Source of the DNA: an uncultured bacterium
Lineage (GTDB): Bacteria; Actinomycetota; Actinomycetes; S36-B12
Assembly: GCA_903909555.1 (NCBI GenBank)
Contig: CAIVWG010000240.1
Span: 1 to 48,467 of the forward strand
Length of the DNA stretch: 48,467 nt
Reading direction: 5' to 3'
Shown: piece by piece, positions 1 through 9,226 of the stretch
Position numbering within the stretch: the first letter of the stretch is position 1
How the letters are laid out: the number at the start of each line of letters is the position of its first letter
Notes under the pieces: generated by a model
Seen by the model: only the letters and a program-made list of their open reading frames with translations
What the model was told of the DNA's origin: nothing
The model's database searches: none
Translations under genes and position numbers: made by a program

Positions 1-1
1 G

Positions 2-1402
2 GGCCTCGTCGACCGCGCCTTCATCGAGGAGCGCTGCGAGCCGGCACTGTACGCCGAGTGGGAGGAGTTCATCCGGCTTCCGGAGAACAGCCCCGAGGCC
101 GTCGAGGCGATGTGCGGGGTCCCCGCCGAGCAGATCCGGGGGGCGGCGCGGCTGTACGCCGCAGGACCGAACTCCGGCATCTACTACGGCCTGGGCGTCA
201 CCGAGCACAGCCAGGGATCGACGATGGTCATGGCGATGGCGAACCTCGCCATGGCGACCGGCAACATCGGCCGCGAGGGCGTCGGCGTCAACCCGCTGCG
301 CGGCCAGAACAACGTGCAGGGCTCCTGCGACATGGGCTCCTTCCCGCATGAGTTCTCCGGCTACCGGCACGTGTCGGACACCGTGGTGCGCGAGCAGTTC
401 GAGGCCCTCTGGGGGACCGAGTTGCAGTCCGAGCCCGGCATGCGCATCCCCAATATGTTCGACGCGGCGGTGACCGGCCAGTTCAAGGCTCTGTTCGTCC
501 AGGGTGAGGATGTCGCCCAGTCGGACCCCAACACCCACCACGTGCAGAAGGCCCTGGAGTCGATGGAGTTCGTGATCGTCCAGGACCTCTTCCTCAATGA
601 GACGGCGCGCTACGCCCACGTCTTCCTGCCGGGGACGTCGTTCCTGGAGAAGGACGGCACCTTCACCAATGCCGAGCGCCGGATCAACCGCGTGCGCCCC
701 GTCATGAGGCCGCAGACCGGCAAGCAGGAGTGGCAGGTGACCTGCGAGCTCAGCACCGCGCTGGGCTACCCCATGCACTACGACTCGGCCAGCCAGATCA
801 TGGACGAGATCGCCGCGCTGACGCCGACGTTCGCGGGGGTGTCGTTCGCGCTGCTCGACGAGGTGGGCAGCGTCCAGTGGCCCTGCAACGCCGAGCATCC
901 GCTGGGCACCCCGATCATGCACGTGGGTCGCTTCGTCCGCGGCGACGGCGCCTTCCAGGTCACCCCGTACGTCCCGACCGAGGAGCGCAGCACGCGTCGG
1001 TATCCCCTTCTGCTCACCACCGGTCGGATCCTCAGCCAGTACAACGTCGGCGCCCAGACCCGCCGTACGCCGAACGTCCTCTGGCATGACGAGGACGTGC
1101 TCGACATCCACGAGTCCGATGCCGAGGCGCGCGGCATCACCGACGGGACGTGGGTGACGCTGGCCAGCCGCGTGGGATCGACGATCATGCGGGCGCAGAT
1201 CTCCGACCGCGTGCCGCCCGGCGTCGTGTACACGACGTTCCACTACCCCGGCAGCGGCGCCAATGTCGTCACGACCGAGTACTCCGACTGGGCGACCAAC
1301 TGTCCGGAGTACAAGGTGACCGCGGTCGAGGTCACCCCGAGCCTGCGCGGCCCGGAGCACATGGAGGAGACCGCGGGGGTCGACGCGATGACCGTCGGAT
1401 AA
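2..1402 (+). CDS. fdhF: Molybdopterin formate dehydrogenase alpha subunit (FdsA/FdhF type), 5' end outside window
   Basis: Frame open from position 2. Motifs YGLGVTEHSQG, PLRGQNNVQGSCDMG, EKDGTFTNAERR, LTTGRILSQYNVGAQTRRT and TNCPEYKVTAV. Followed by fdsD. Confidence 0.95.
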   Translation, partial: GLVDRAFIEERCEPALYAEWEEFIRLPENSPEAVEAMCGVPAEQIRGAARLYAAGPNSGIYYGLGVTEHSQGSTMVMAMANLAMATGNIGREGVGVNPLRGQNNVQGSCDMGSFPHEFSGYRHVSDTVVREQFEALWGTELQSEPGMRIPNMFDAAVTGQFKALFVQGEDVAQSDPNTHHVQKALESMEFVIVQDLFLNETARYAHVFLPGTSFLEKDGTFTNAERRINRVRPVMRPQTGKQEWQVTCELSTALGYPMHYDSASQIMDEIAALTPTFAGVSFALLDEVGSVQWPCNAEHPLGTPIMHVGRFVRGDGAFQVTPYVPTEERSTRRYPLLLTTGRILSQYNVGAQTRRTPNVLWHDEDVLDIHESDAEARGITDGTWVTLASRVGSTIMRAQISDRVPPGVVYTTFHYPGSGANVVTTEYSDWATNCPEYKVTAVEVTPSLRGPEHMEETAGVDAMTVG

Positions 1403-1404
1403 CC

Positions 1405-1623
1405 GTGCGCATCGAGACCCTCACCCGCATGGGCCAGCAGATCGCCCGCAACAACCAGGCGCTGCCGCCCGACCAGGCAGCCGCGCGCATCGCCGGTCAC
1501 CTGAGGTCGTTCTGGACCCCCGCGATGATCCGCGAACTCGAGGCCTACGCCGCCTTCAGCCCGGAGACGCTGGATCCCAACCTCCTGGCTGCTCTCGACC
1601 TGCTCGGCGCCGAGGCCCGCTAG
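1405..1623 (+). CDS. fdsD: Formate dehydrogenase delta subunit (FdsD)
   Basis: GTG 2 nt after the fdh stop. 72 aa with LTRMGQQIARN...IAGHLRSFWTPAMIREL, typical of FdsD. Confidence 0.85.
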   Translation: MRIETLTRMGQQIARNNQALPPDQAAARIAGHLRSFWTPAMIRELEAYAAFSPETLDPNLLAALDLLGAEAR

Positions 1624-1742
1624 CACCCCGTGCTGGCACGGTCGTCCGGCTCCTGCTGAGCCATTCCCCTGACAGGGGGTCTCAGTGCCTGTTGGATGGC
1701 GGGAACGGAACGGCAACATTCCATCGACAACGAGGAGCAGCC

Positions 1743-1994
1743 ATGGCAGACGACGACATCGAGGTGGGCGAGTCCATCGAGGTGACCGAGCTCGTGGGCG
1801 ACAACGGCGAGGTCCTCGGGACCGTCGTCGATGACGTGGTCGTGATGACCGGCGCTGACGGCTCCATCGTCGACGAGACCATCGACGTCTTCGACGCCGA
1901 TGGCAACCTCGTCGCCGAGGAGGAGACCGTGGACGTCTACGACGCCGACGGGAACCTCGTCGCGGAGGCCGGGGAGATCATCGTCGAGGGGTAG
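1743..1994 (+). CDS. Small, extremely acidic repeat protein of unknown function
   Basis: GAGGAG RBS before ATG 1743, GC3-rich codons. 83 aa, about 30% D/E, no K/R/H. Confidence 0.8.
   Translation: MADDDIEVGESIEVTELVGDNGEVLGTVVDDVVVMTGADGSIVDETIDVFDADGNLVAEEETVDVYDADGNLVAEAGEIIVEG
1875..1967 (+). repeat. 48-bp imperfect tandem duplication encoding ET[IV]DV[FY]DADGNLVAE twice
   Basis: Copies start at 1875 and 1923. Confidence 0.85.
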
Positions 1995-1998
1995 GCCC

Positions 1999-2352
1999 TC
2001 ACCGGATGGAGACGTAGTACTTCACGATCGTCTCCTCGACGTCCCAGCGTCCGTACCACCCGCGCGGGAAGACCACCGTGCTCCCCTCCGAGATGACGGT
2101 CACCGTGCCGTCCTCGTCGGTGATGCGCGCGCGCCCGGCGAGGATGATCACCGATTCCTCGTCGGGCCGGTCCTCCACCGACCAGCCGCCCGGCGTGCAC
2201 TCCCACAGGCCGGTCTCGACGTTCTGCCACGTCTTGAGCACGCAGCCGCGCGTCATGGGCGTGCCGGAGTCCGCACCGGGCTTGAGCCCCCAGTCCTCCA
2301 AGCCCTCGAAGAGGGACTGCCAGGTGGACGCGACGATCGCGGGGTGGGTCAT
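1999..2352 (-). CDS. Cupin-domain protein (DUF861/EutQ-like)
   Basis: TGLWECTPG, EESVIILAGRARITDEDG, VVFPRGWYGRWDV..KYY; GGAGG RBS. Confidence 0.85.
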   Translation of the reverse strand: MTHPAIVASTWQSLFEGLEDWGLKPGADSGTPMTRGCVLKTWQNVETGLWECTPGGWSVEDRPDEESVIILAGRARITDEDGTVTVISEGSTVVFPRGWYGRWDVEETIVKYYVSIR

Positions 2353-2408
2353 GGGACCTCCAAGAGTGAGTGACTCCGGAGTGTAGAGGCAGGGCTACAG
2401 TCGCGCGC

Positions 2409-3170
2409 ATGAGCATGTTCGATCTCTCCGGCAAGGTCGCCATCGTCACCGGGGGGAGCCGCGGCATAGGGCTGGGCATCGCGCAGGCCCTCTCCGAGGC
2501 GGGCGCGGCGATCGTCGTCGCGGCCACCCACGCCGATCAGTCGGCGGATGCCGTGCAGCGACTCCGGGACGCAGGGGCGACGGCCGCGTCGGTGCCGACG
2601 AATGTCGCTGACCCCGATGCCGCCCTGGCGCTGGTCGACGAGGCGGTGCGCCTCTTCGGTGGCGTCGACATCCTGGTCAACAACGCCGGGATCAACATCC
2701 GCAAGCGACCCGAGGACTACACCGTCGAGGAGTGGCACCAGGTCCTCTCCGTCAATCTCGACGGTCCCTTCTTCTGCAGCAGGGCGGCATACCCGGCCAT
2801 GAAGGCCCGGGGCGGGGGCAAGATCATCAACATCGCCTCCCTCATGTCGATCTTCGCGAATGAGAAGGCCGCGGCCTACGGCGCCGCCAAGGGCGGACTC
2901 GTGCAGTTGACCAAGGCTCTCGCGGTCGCCTGGGCCGCGGACGGCATCCACGCCAACGCCATCCTGCCCGGCTGGATCGACACGGACCTGACCGCAGGCG
3001 CTCGCCAGCAGCTCCCCGGCCTGGACGAGGCGGTCCGGGCGCGCACGCCGGAGGGCCGGTGGGGTACTCCCCAGGACCTCGGCGGCGCCGCGGTGTTCCT
3101 CGCCTCCCCGGCTTCCGACTTCGTCACCGGGACCACCCTCCTCGTGGACGGCGGATTCGCAGCCGACTGA
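2409..3170 (+). CDS. Short-chain dehydrogenase/reductase (KduD/gluconate 5-dehydrogenase-like)
   Basis: TGGSRGIG, NNAG, YGAAK (YxxxK), PGWIDT. ATG 2409 lies 7 nt after a TACAGT -10-like hexamer. Confidence 0.9.
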   Translation: MSMFDLSGKVAIVTGGSRGIGLGIAQALSEAGAAIVVAATHADQSADAVQRLRDAGATAASVPTNVADPDAALALVDEAVRLFGGVDILVNNAGINIRKRPEDYTVEEWHQVLSVNLDGPFFCSRAAYPAMKARGGGKIINIASLMSIFANEKAAAYGAAKGGLVQLTKALAVAWAADGIHANAILPGWIDTDLTAGARQQLPGLDEAVRARTPEGRWGTPQDLGGAAVFLASPASDFVTGTTLLVDGGFAAD

Positions 3171-3200
3171 GCCCCGGCCGCATGGGAGGATAGACCGCCC

Positions 3201-3272
3201 GCCTCCGTAGCTCAGTGGTAGAGCAACCGCCTTGTAAGCGGTAGGTCGTCAGTTCAATCCTGACCGGGGGCT
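3201..3272 (+). tRNA. tRNA-Thr(TGT)
   Basis: Acceptor GCCTCCG/CGGGGGC, D arm GCTCAGTGGTAGAGC, anticodon arm ACCGC-CTTGTAA-GCGGT, T arm GTCAG-TTCAATC-CTGAC. CCA not encoded. Confidence 0.97.
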
Positions 3273-3328
3273 CTCGAACAGCCACGGCCTCGCGGCGTGC
3301 GTCGCATGGCTCACTCCAGGAGGTCAGG

Positions 3329-4255
3329 GTGCCGGTCGTGACGATGGCGGAGCAGGGCCCGATCGGTGCGGGTGCCGCCCGGGCGGTAGCGCTCGGCGGC
3401 GGTGGCGAGTGGTTCGTCGCGTGGATGGCCGGGTACGCGAGTGGGCTCCTCGAGGCGGGTGTCGATCTCGCTCAGGCCGACGTGACCATCGGCACCAGCG
3501 CGGGATCCCTGGTCGGGGCTGCGATCCAGGGCGGACGCCTTGCCCCCTTCACGGACGTCCTTCGGCAACTGGGGGCCAACCCCGCTGCGGCGAACAAGGA
3601 GCTCAACATCAGCGTGGGCGCTCCGTCGCAGGCGCGCGCACGCACGGTCATGGGTCAGACGGATGCCATCACGCCCGCCACCCTCCAGGAGATCGGGCGC
3701 GCGGCGATGGCCGCGCGCAATGCGCCGGACGAGAGCTACGTCGCATCAGTGCAGGGGGTCCTGGGGCTCACCGACTGGCCCGCCGGGCACTACACGACCT
3801 CGACCGACTGCTACACGGGCGAGTCGCTCATCGCCGGCGGCGATTCGGGGGTCACCATCGCTCAGGCGTGCGCGGCCAGCTCGTCCTTGCCGGGTGTCAA
3901 CGGGCCGACCTGGCTCGGCGATCGCCTGTGCATGGACGGCGGGGTGAGCTCGTCGAGCACGCACGCCGACATGCTGGCCGGAGCGACCTTCGTCCTCATC
4001 ATCGCCATGTTCGACTTCAAGGCGAATCCACCGAAGCACGTCAACCCGTCCTTCGGAATCGCCGAAAGGGTCAACCCCGGCACCGCTGAGCGGGAGGCAG
4101 CCGCCCTCCGGGAGCAGGGCAGCAGCGTGCACGTCACCATCGCCAACCCCGATCCGACGACCGACTTCATGGACGCCGCCACCATCGGTCCTGCCATCGC
4201 TGATGGAGTATCGCGTGGCAAGGCAGACGCGGAGGCCATCGCCGCCCTATGGTGA
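3329..4255 (+). CDS. Patatin-like phospholipase
   Basis: Gly-rich LGGGG, GTSAG nucleophile motif, DGG motif; AGGAGG RBS before GTG. Confidence 0.9.
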   Translation: MPVVTMAEQGPIGAGAARAVALGGGGEWFVAWMAGYASGLLEAGVDLAQADVTIGTSAGSLVGAAIQGGRLAPFTDVLRQLGANPAAANKELNISVGAPSQARARTVMGQTDAITPATLQEIGRAAMAARNAPDESYVASVQGVLGLTDWPAGHYTTSTDCYTGESLIAGGDSGVTIAQACAASSSLPGVNGPTWLGDRLCMDGGVSSSSTHADMLAGATFVLIIAMFDFKANPPKHVNPSFGIAERVNPGTAEREAAALREQGSSVHVTIANPDPTTDFMDAATIGPAIADGVSRGKADAEAIAALW

Positions 4256-4261
4256 GGGCCC

Positions 4262-5371
4262 ATGTCGACGACTCCCGCCCCGACTGCCGCCCCGCCCCGT
4301 CAGGCCATGCCGATGAAGAAGCGGCTGATCCTGGCCAGCGTCATCATCGTGCTCACGCTCGTTCCCGCTTTGATCATGGTGGCGGTTGCCTATGTGGCCA
4401 CCGGTCAAGTGCAGGCGGCGGCCACCTGGGCCTCGATTCCTGCCATCGCCGGTATTGCTGCGGCCGCAACAGCCGGTCGCCGGTTCGCGGTCGTCGCGGC
4501 CATCGCCACCGGGATGATCGCCTCTGTGTGCATCGTGGCGGGTGCATCACCGGTCTCCGGCGCGGGCCTCATGGGCATCATGGCGATCGCGGTCGGGCAA
4601 CTGTCGAAGTTCGGCCTGCATAAGTCGGCGCTGCTCTATCCGGTCATGATGTCGTGGGCGGTGATCGACCCGCCGACGTGGGGAGGCCAGTCGACGGTTG
4701 ATCGCTTCGACGAGTCCTACCTGCTGTGGATGTCCGCCATCTTCTTCGTGGGAGCGCTCATCCCCGCACTGGTGCTGCCTTTCCTCATGCGCAAGCGGCC
4801 GCTGCCTCCTCGCAAGGCGTACTCGCGTGACGATGCGCTGCCCTACACGGTCATGATCACCGTGCTGGTCACCCTGTCGACCTTCGTTGTCCTGTCCAAT
4901 CCCAAGTGGTACGGCGGCGCCTTCATCATCGCCGTGATCCTCATCATGGCGCCCATCGGCGATACCCAGACACTCAAGCCGACCATCATGCGCATCCTCG
5001 GGACCGTGGTCGGCTCCCTCCTGCTCGTCGTGCTGCTCTCGCAGGTCGATTCCCTCGCCGTGATCTACCTCGTGGGCCTGATCTTCATCGTCATCGCCCT
5101 CATTGCGCGCTTCGGCGTCCACGTGTGGATCTATTACGTCTTCATGGTGCCGGCAACCGCGGCGCTGAACGCCACGACGTTCTCGCAGGTGGGTCAGCTC
5201 GGCGAGCAGCGCCTCGGTGACAACATCATCGGCGGCATACTGGTGATCATCGCGTCGGCGATCGCGATCGGCTACTCCCACTGGGCGCAGCGCCATGGCC
5301 ACGCCCACGATGATGACCCGGAGGCTCAGCGCGTCCAGGAGGCCACGGACACGGTCGCCACGCCCGCCTAG
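4262..5371 (+). CDS. FUSC-like integral membrane protein
   Basis: About 10 hydrophobic segments; C-terminal RILGTVVG and RLGDNIIG motifs of the FUSC family. Confidence 0.7.
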   Translation: MSTTPAPTAAPPRQAMPMKKRLILASVIIVLTLVPALIMVAVAYVATGQVQAAATWASIPAIAGIAAAATAGRRFAVVAAIATGMIASVCIVAGASPVSGAGLMGIMAIAVGQLSKFGLHKSALLYPVMMSWAVIDPPTWGGQSTVDRFDESYLLWMSAIFFVGALIPALVLPFLMRKRPLPPRKAYSRDDALPYTVMITVLVTLSTFVVLSNPKWYGGAFIIAVILIMAPIGDTQTLKPTIMRILGTVVGSLLLVVLLSQVDSLAVIYLVGLIFIVIALIARFGVHVWIYYVFMVPATAALNATTFSQVGQLGEQRLGDNIIGGILVIIASAIAIGYSHWAQRHGHAHDDDPEAQRVQEATDTVATPA

Positions 5372-5378
5372 GCGGGAC

Positions 5379-5831
5379 TCAGGCGAGCGTGCAGGGCCAG
5401 GTGACCGTCGTGCGCGGCTGGGGCACCTCGGGGCCATCCAGGTAGGTCTCCCAGGGTGCGCCCGTCGGGCGGTGGCCCGATGTGGCGAACCACTGCTCGA
5501 TCGCCTGGTACGCCCCTGCGACATCCGAGTAGGCACCCACATGCGTCGTCACGGCCGCCGTGCCGCCCGGGAGCGTGATGGTGTGCACGTCGCCGTCGAG
5601 GGCAAGGTCGGGCGGGCAGGGGAAGCCTGCCTCGACACGGAATCTTCCCCCGACCATGTCGTAGCGGGCGAAGGGCTTGCCGTCGACGGCGACGGCCTCG
5701 CGTGCCAGCGTGCCGAGGACCTGCTCGAAGGCGCGTCCCAGGAAGGGACCCACTTCCTCCATACCGCAGGTGCCGGAGACGACGGCGGCGTGCTGGGACT
5801 CGATCTCAACAGTGTGGATGTCGTAGGCCAT
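5379..5831 (-). CDS. GyrI-like small-molecule-binding domain protein
   Basis: PFARY, LPGGTAAVTTHVGAYSDVAGAY, PWETYLDGP. ATG 5831 is 1 nt after the fhs stop. Confidence 0.85.
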   Translation of the reverse strand: MAYDIHTVEIESQHAAVVSGTCGMEEVGPFLGRAFEQVLGTLAREAVAVDGKPFARYDMVGGRFRVEAGFPCPPDLALDGDVHTITLPGGTAAVTTHVGAYSDVAGAYQAIEQWFATSGHRPTGAPWETYLDGPEVPQPRTTVTWPCTLA

Positions 5832-5832
5832 C

Positions 5833-7500
5833 TCAGAAGAGTCCCACAACCGCACCGTCGACGAGGTCGATCCGCTCGGAGGCGGGTGCCTTGGGGAGGC
5901 CCGGCATCGTCATGATGTCCCCGCACACCATGACCACGAACTCCGCGCCGGCGGAGAGCCGGACTTCGCGGATGTCGAGGACGTGCCCGGTCGGCGCCGC
6001 GCGCAGGGCGGCATCGGTGGAGAAGGAGTACTGCGTCTTCGCCACGCAGACCGGCAGGTGGCCGTAGCCCATGGCCTCGAGGTCCCGGATCTGCTGGCGG
6101 ACCTTGGAGCTGGCCGTCACCTCGGCGGCGCGGTAGACGCGGGTGGCGATGGCCGTCACCTTCTCCCACAGCGAGGCGTCGTCGGGGTAGACGAAGGTCA
6201 GCTCGCGGGGCGTCTCACAGAGTTCGACCACCTTGCGCGCGAGCTCCTCGGTCCCGGCTCCTCCATCGGCCCAGTGCGTGGCGAGCACGACGTCGGCCCC
6301 GGCGTCGCCGACGAGTCGTCGGAGCAGGTCGATCTCCGCATCGGTGTCGGAGGTAAAGCGGTTGATCGACACGACAGGCTTGATGCCGTACACGTCGCGG
6401 ACGTTTTCGATGTGGCGTCGGAGATTGACGATCCCCTTCTCGAGGGCCTCGAGATCCTCTTCGGTGATGGTCTTGAGATCAGCGCCGCCGTGGTACTTCA
6501 GGGCGCGGATCGTGGCCACGATGACGGCGACCGACGGCCGCAGGCCTGACTTCCGGCACTTGATGTCGACGAACTTCTCCGCGCCCAGGTCTGCCCCGAA
6601 GCCAGCCTCGGTCACGACGTAGTCGGCGAGCTTGAGCGCTCCACGAGTCGCCACGACGGTGTTGCAGCCGTGGGCGATGTTGGCGAAGGGCCCACCGTGC
6701 ACGAAGGCGGGCGTGTGCTCGAGGGTCTGGACGAGATTGGGATTGAAGGCGTCCTTGAGGAGTACTGTCATCGCGCCGTCGGCATCGAGATCGCGAGCCC
6801 GGATGGGCTCCTTGGCGGTGTTGTAGGCGACGATGATGTTGCCCAGTCGCTCCTTGAGGTCGTCCAGCGACGTGGCGAGGCAGAAGATCGCCATGATCTC
6901 CGAGGCCACCACGATGTCGAACCCGTCCTCGCGGGGGTAGCCGTTGCCTGGGCCGCCGAGGCCGACGACGATGTCGCGCAGGGCACGGTCATTCATGTCG
7001 AGCACGCGCTTCCAGGCGATGCGGCGTACGTCGATCCCGAGGCGGTTGCCGTGGTGGACGTGGTTGTCGATCAGGGCGGCGAGCAGGTTGTTGGCCAGGC
7101 CGATGGCGCTGAAGTCGCCGGTGAAGTGCAGGTTGATGTCCTCCATGGGGACCACCTGGGCGTAGCCGCCTCCCGCGGCGCCGCCCTTCATCCCGAACAC
7201 CGGCCCGAGGGACGGCTCCCGCAGGCAGATCATCGCGTTCTTCCCGATGCGGCGCAGCCCGTCGCCGAGGCCGACCGTGGTCGTGGTCTTGCCTTCGCCG
7301 GCGGGGGTCGGGGAGATGGCCGTGACGAGGATGAGCTTGGCGTCGGGCCGCTCGGGCAGCGAGTCGAGGTAGGCGTTGGAGACCTTGGCCTTGTAGTGGC
7401 CGTAGGGCTCCAGGGCCTCCTCCGGGATGCCGAGCGATGCGGCGACGGATGAGATGCGATCCATCTGCGTCGCCTGCGCGATCTCGATGTCAGTGGGCAT
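5833..7500 (-). CDS. fhs: Formate--tetrahydrofolate ligase
   Basis: [72 protein letters not shown]. Confidence 0.98.
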   Translation of the reverse strand: MPTDIEIAQATQMDRISSVAASLGIPEEALEPYGHYKAKVSNAYLDSLPERPDAKLILVTAISPTPAGEGKTTTTVGLGDGLRRIGKNAMICLREPSLGPVFGMKGGAAGGGYAQVVPMEDINLHFTGDFSAIGLANNLLAALIDNHVHHGNRLGIDVRRIAWKRVLDMNDRALRDIVVGLGGPGNGYPREDGFDIVVASEIMAIFCLATSLDDLKERLGNIIVAYNTAKEPIRARDLDADGAMTVLLKDAFNPNLVQTLEHTPAFVHGGPFANIAHGCNTVVATRGALKLADYVVTEAGFGADLGAEKFVDIKCRKSGLRPSVAVIVATIRALKYHGGADLKTITEEDLEALEKGIVNLRRHIENVRDVYGIKPVVSINRFTSDTDAEIDLLRRLVGDAGADVVLATHWADGGAGTEELARKVVELCETPRELTFVYPDDASLWEKVTAIATRVYRAAEVTASSKVRQQIRDLEAMGYGHLPVCVAKTQYSFSTDAALRAAPTGHVLDIREVRLSAGAEFVVMVCGDIMTMPGLPKAPASERIDLVDGAVVGLF

Positions 7501-7508
7501 GGTCTTCC

Positions 7509-8468
7509 TCAGGACTTGGCGGCGCGGACGGCGTCGACGAGGGCGGGCATCACCGTGGCGGCGTCGCCGATGACGGCGTAGTCGGCGAAGGACATGATGG
7601 TGGCGTCAGGATCGGTGTTGATGGCGATCATCGTCTTGGCGTTCTTGCACCCGGCGATGTGCTGGGTCGCCCCGCTGATCCCGACGGCGATGTAGAGGTC
7701 GGGCGCGACCTTGGTGCCCGTCTGGCCGACCTGCTCCGCGTGCGGTCGCCAGCCGGCGGAGGTGACCACCCGGGAGCAGCCGACCGCTCCGCCGAGCAGG
7801 GCCGCGAGTTCCTCGAGGGGGCCGAAGCCGCCCTCGCCCACTCCACGGCCGCCGGACACGACGACCTTGGCCTCGGCGAGGCTCACGCCGCCTCCTCCGC
7901 CGCCCACCCGGTCCACGATGCGCACGGCGAGGTCCGCGTCGGCGAGCTCGGGGGCGAACTCCACGACCGCGGCGGGTCCCGAGCCCGTGACGGGATCGAC
8001 GGCGAAGGCATGCAGGGCGGTCGACGCGATGAGCATGGGTGCGTGCACGCGAGCGTCTTCCAGGACGTTGCCGGCCCAGCGATTGCGCGTCACGTGCGAG
8101 ACCCCGTCGCCGAGCGTGATCGCCGTGCAGTCGGCGGCGAAGGGCTCGTCGACGATCGCGGACGCGTGCGCCAGGACCTCGTTGCCACGCGGGGAGCCCA
8201 CGGCGAGGACCGCTGCGGGTGACATCTGGCGTGCCATCTGGGCCACCGCGCGCCCGGTCGCCATGGGGGCGTAGTCGGTGATGCGCGGATCGACGGCGAC
8301 GTGAGTGGTGGTGACCCCGAACTCTCCCAGGCGAGCGGCTGCGGTGACCGCGTCAGCTCCCACCATGACGGCCTGCACGTCGGTGTCGAGGCCACGTGCG
8401 GCCGCGACGGCCTGCAGGGACAGTTCGTCCAGGACTCCGCGATCGTGATCGACGTAGACGAGGATCAT
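7509..8468 (-). CDS. etfA: Electron transfer flavoprotein alpha subunit
   Basis: [45 protein letters not shown]. Confidence 0.95.
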   Translation of the reverse strand: MILVYVDHDRGVLDELSLQAVAAARGLDTDVQAVMVGADAVTAAARLGEFGVTTTHVAVDPRITDYAPMATGRAVAQMARQMSPAAVLAVGSPRGNEVLAHASAIVDEPFAADCTAITLGDGVSHVTRNRWAGNVLEDARVHAPMLIASTALHAFAVDPVTGSGPAAVVEFAPELADADLAVRIVDRVGGGGGGVSLAEAKVVVSGGRGVGEGGFGPLEELAALLGGAVGCSRVVTSAGWRPHAEQVGQTGTKVAPDLYIAVGISGATQHIAGCKNAKTMIAINTDPDATIMSFADYAVIGDAATVMPALVDAVRAAKS

Positions 8469-9226
8469 GCGAGCACTCCGATCTCCTTGAGGACCGCCAC
8501 GACCTGAGGCGCCGCATCGGCGCCGGTGCCGAGAACCTGGGCGCTGCTCGTCTCCTGCGGGGGCAGGGCGAGCTTGACCTTCTCCACCCGGGCGGGACGC
8601 GCCTCGGGGGTCACCGTGTCGAGCGGCTTCTTGCGCGCCTTGATGCGTCCGGGCACCGAGGGGTAGCGGGGGATGTTCACGCCATCCTTCACCGCGATGA
8701 CCGCCGGGAGCGACACCTCGTAGACCTCGCGCTCGGACCCGACGACACGCTCGCAGCGGGCGACACCGCCCTCGACGCTGAGCCCCTTGACGTTCGTCAC
8801 GATGGGCCAGCCGAGGGCATGGGCAATGCGCACGCCGACCTGGTAGCCGGAGGCGTCGGCCGACTCCGTGCCGACGATGACGGCGTCGAAGTCCGTGTCA
8901 TCAGCGGTGATCGCCGAGGCGAGAGCCGCCGCGGTGGCCTGGCCGTCCCAGTCCGATCCATCGGTCTCGAGCAGGACGCCACGATCGACTCCCACCGCCA
9001 TGACCTCGCGGATCTGCTCCGCCGACTCGGGCGTGCCGAGGGAGAAGGCCGTGACCGAGCCGCCGCCCTCGGCGAGCTGCACGGCCGCCTCGACGGCGCA
9101 CTCCTCGTGCGGGCTCAGGGTCCAGCCCATGGCGCTGCCGCTGGTGTCGATCGCGGTCTCATCGGCCGTGAGCGTCCACCTCCCGGGAGAGAGCGGGATG
9201 CGCTTGATGCAGACGGCGACGTTCAC
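8465..9226 (-). CDS. etfB: Electron transfer flavoprotein beta subunit
   Basis: VAVCIKRIP, AVEAAVQLAE, GTESADASGYQVG, NIPRYPS. GTG 9226 overlaps the upstream TGA (GTGA). Confidence 0.93.
   Translation of the reverse strand: MNVAVCIKRIPLSPGRWTLTADETAIDTSGSAMGWTLSPHEECAVEAAVQLAEGGGSVTAFSLGTPESAEQIREVMAVGVDRGVLLETDGSDWDGQATAAALASAITADDTDFDAVIVGTESADASGYQVGVRIAHALGWPIVTNVKGLSVEGGVARCERVVGSEREVYEVSLPAVIAVKDGVNIPRYPSVPGRIKARKKPLDTVTPEARPARVEKVKLALPPQETSSAQVLGTGADAAPQVVAVLKEIGVLA

Noticed and set aside
2-1402. Selenocysteine recoding in formate dehydrogenase
   Set aside because: No in-frame TGA in the visible part, and the Cys/Sec ligand region is outside the window. FdsD-associated enzymes are normally Cys-type.
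3201-5400. Prophage or integrative element at tRNA-Thr
   Set aside because: No integrase or phage genes, and no duplicated tRNA 3' end found by eye.
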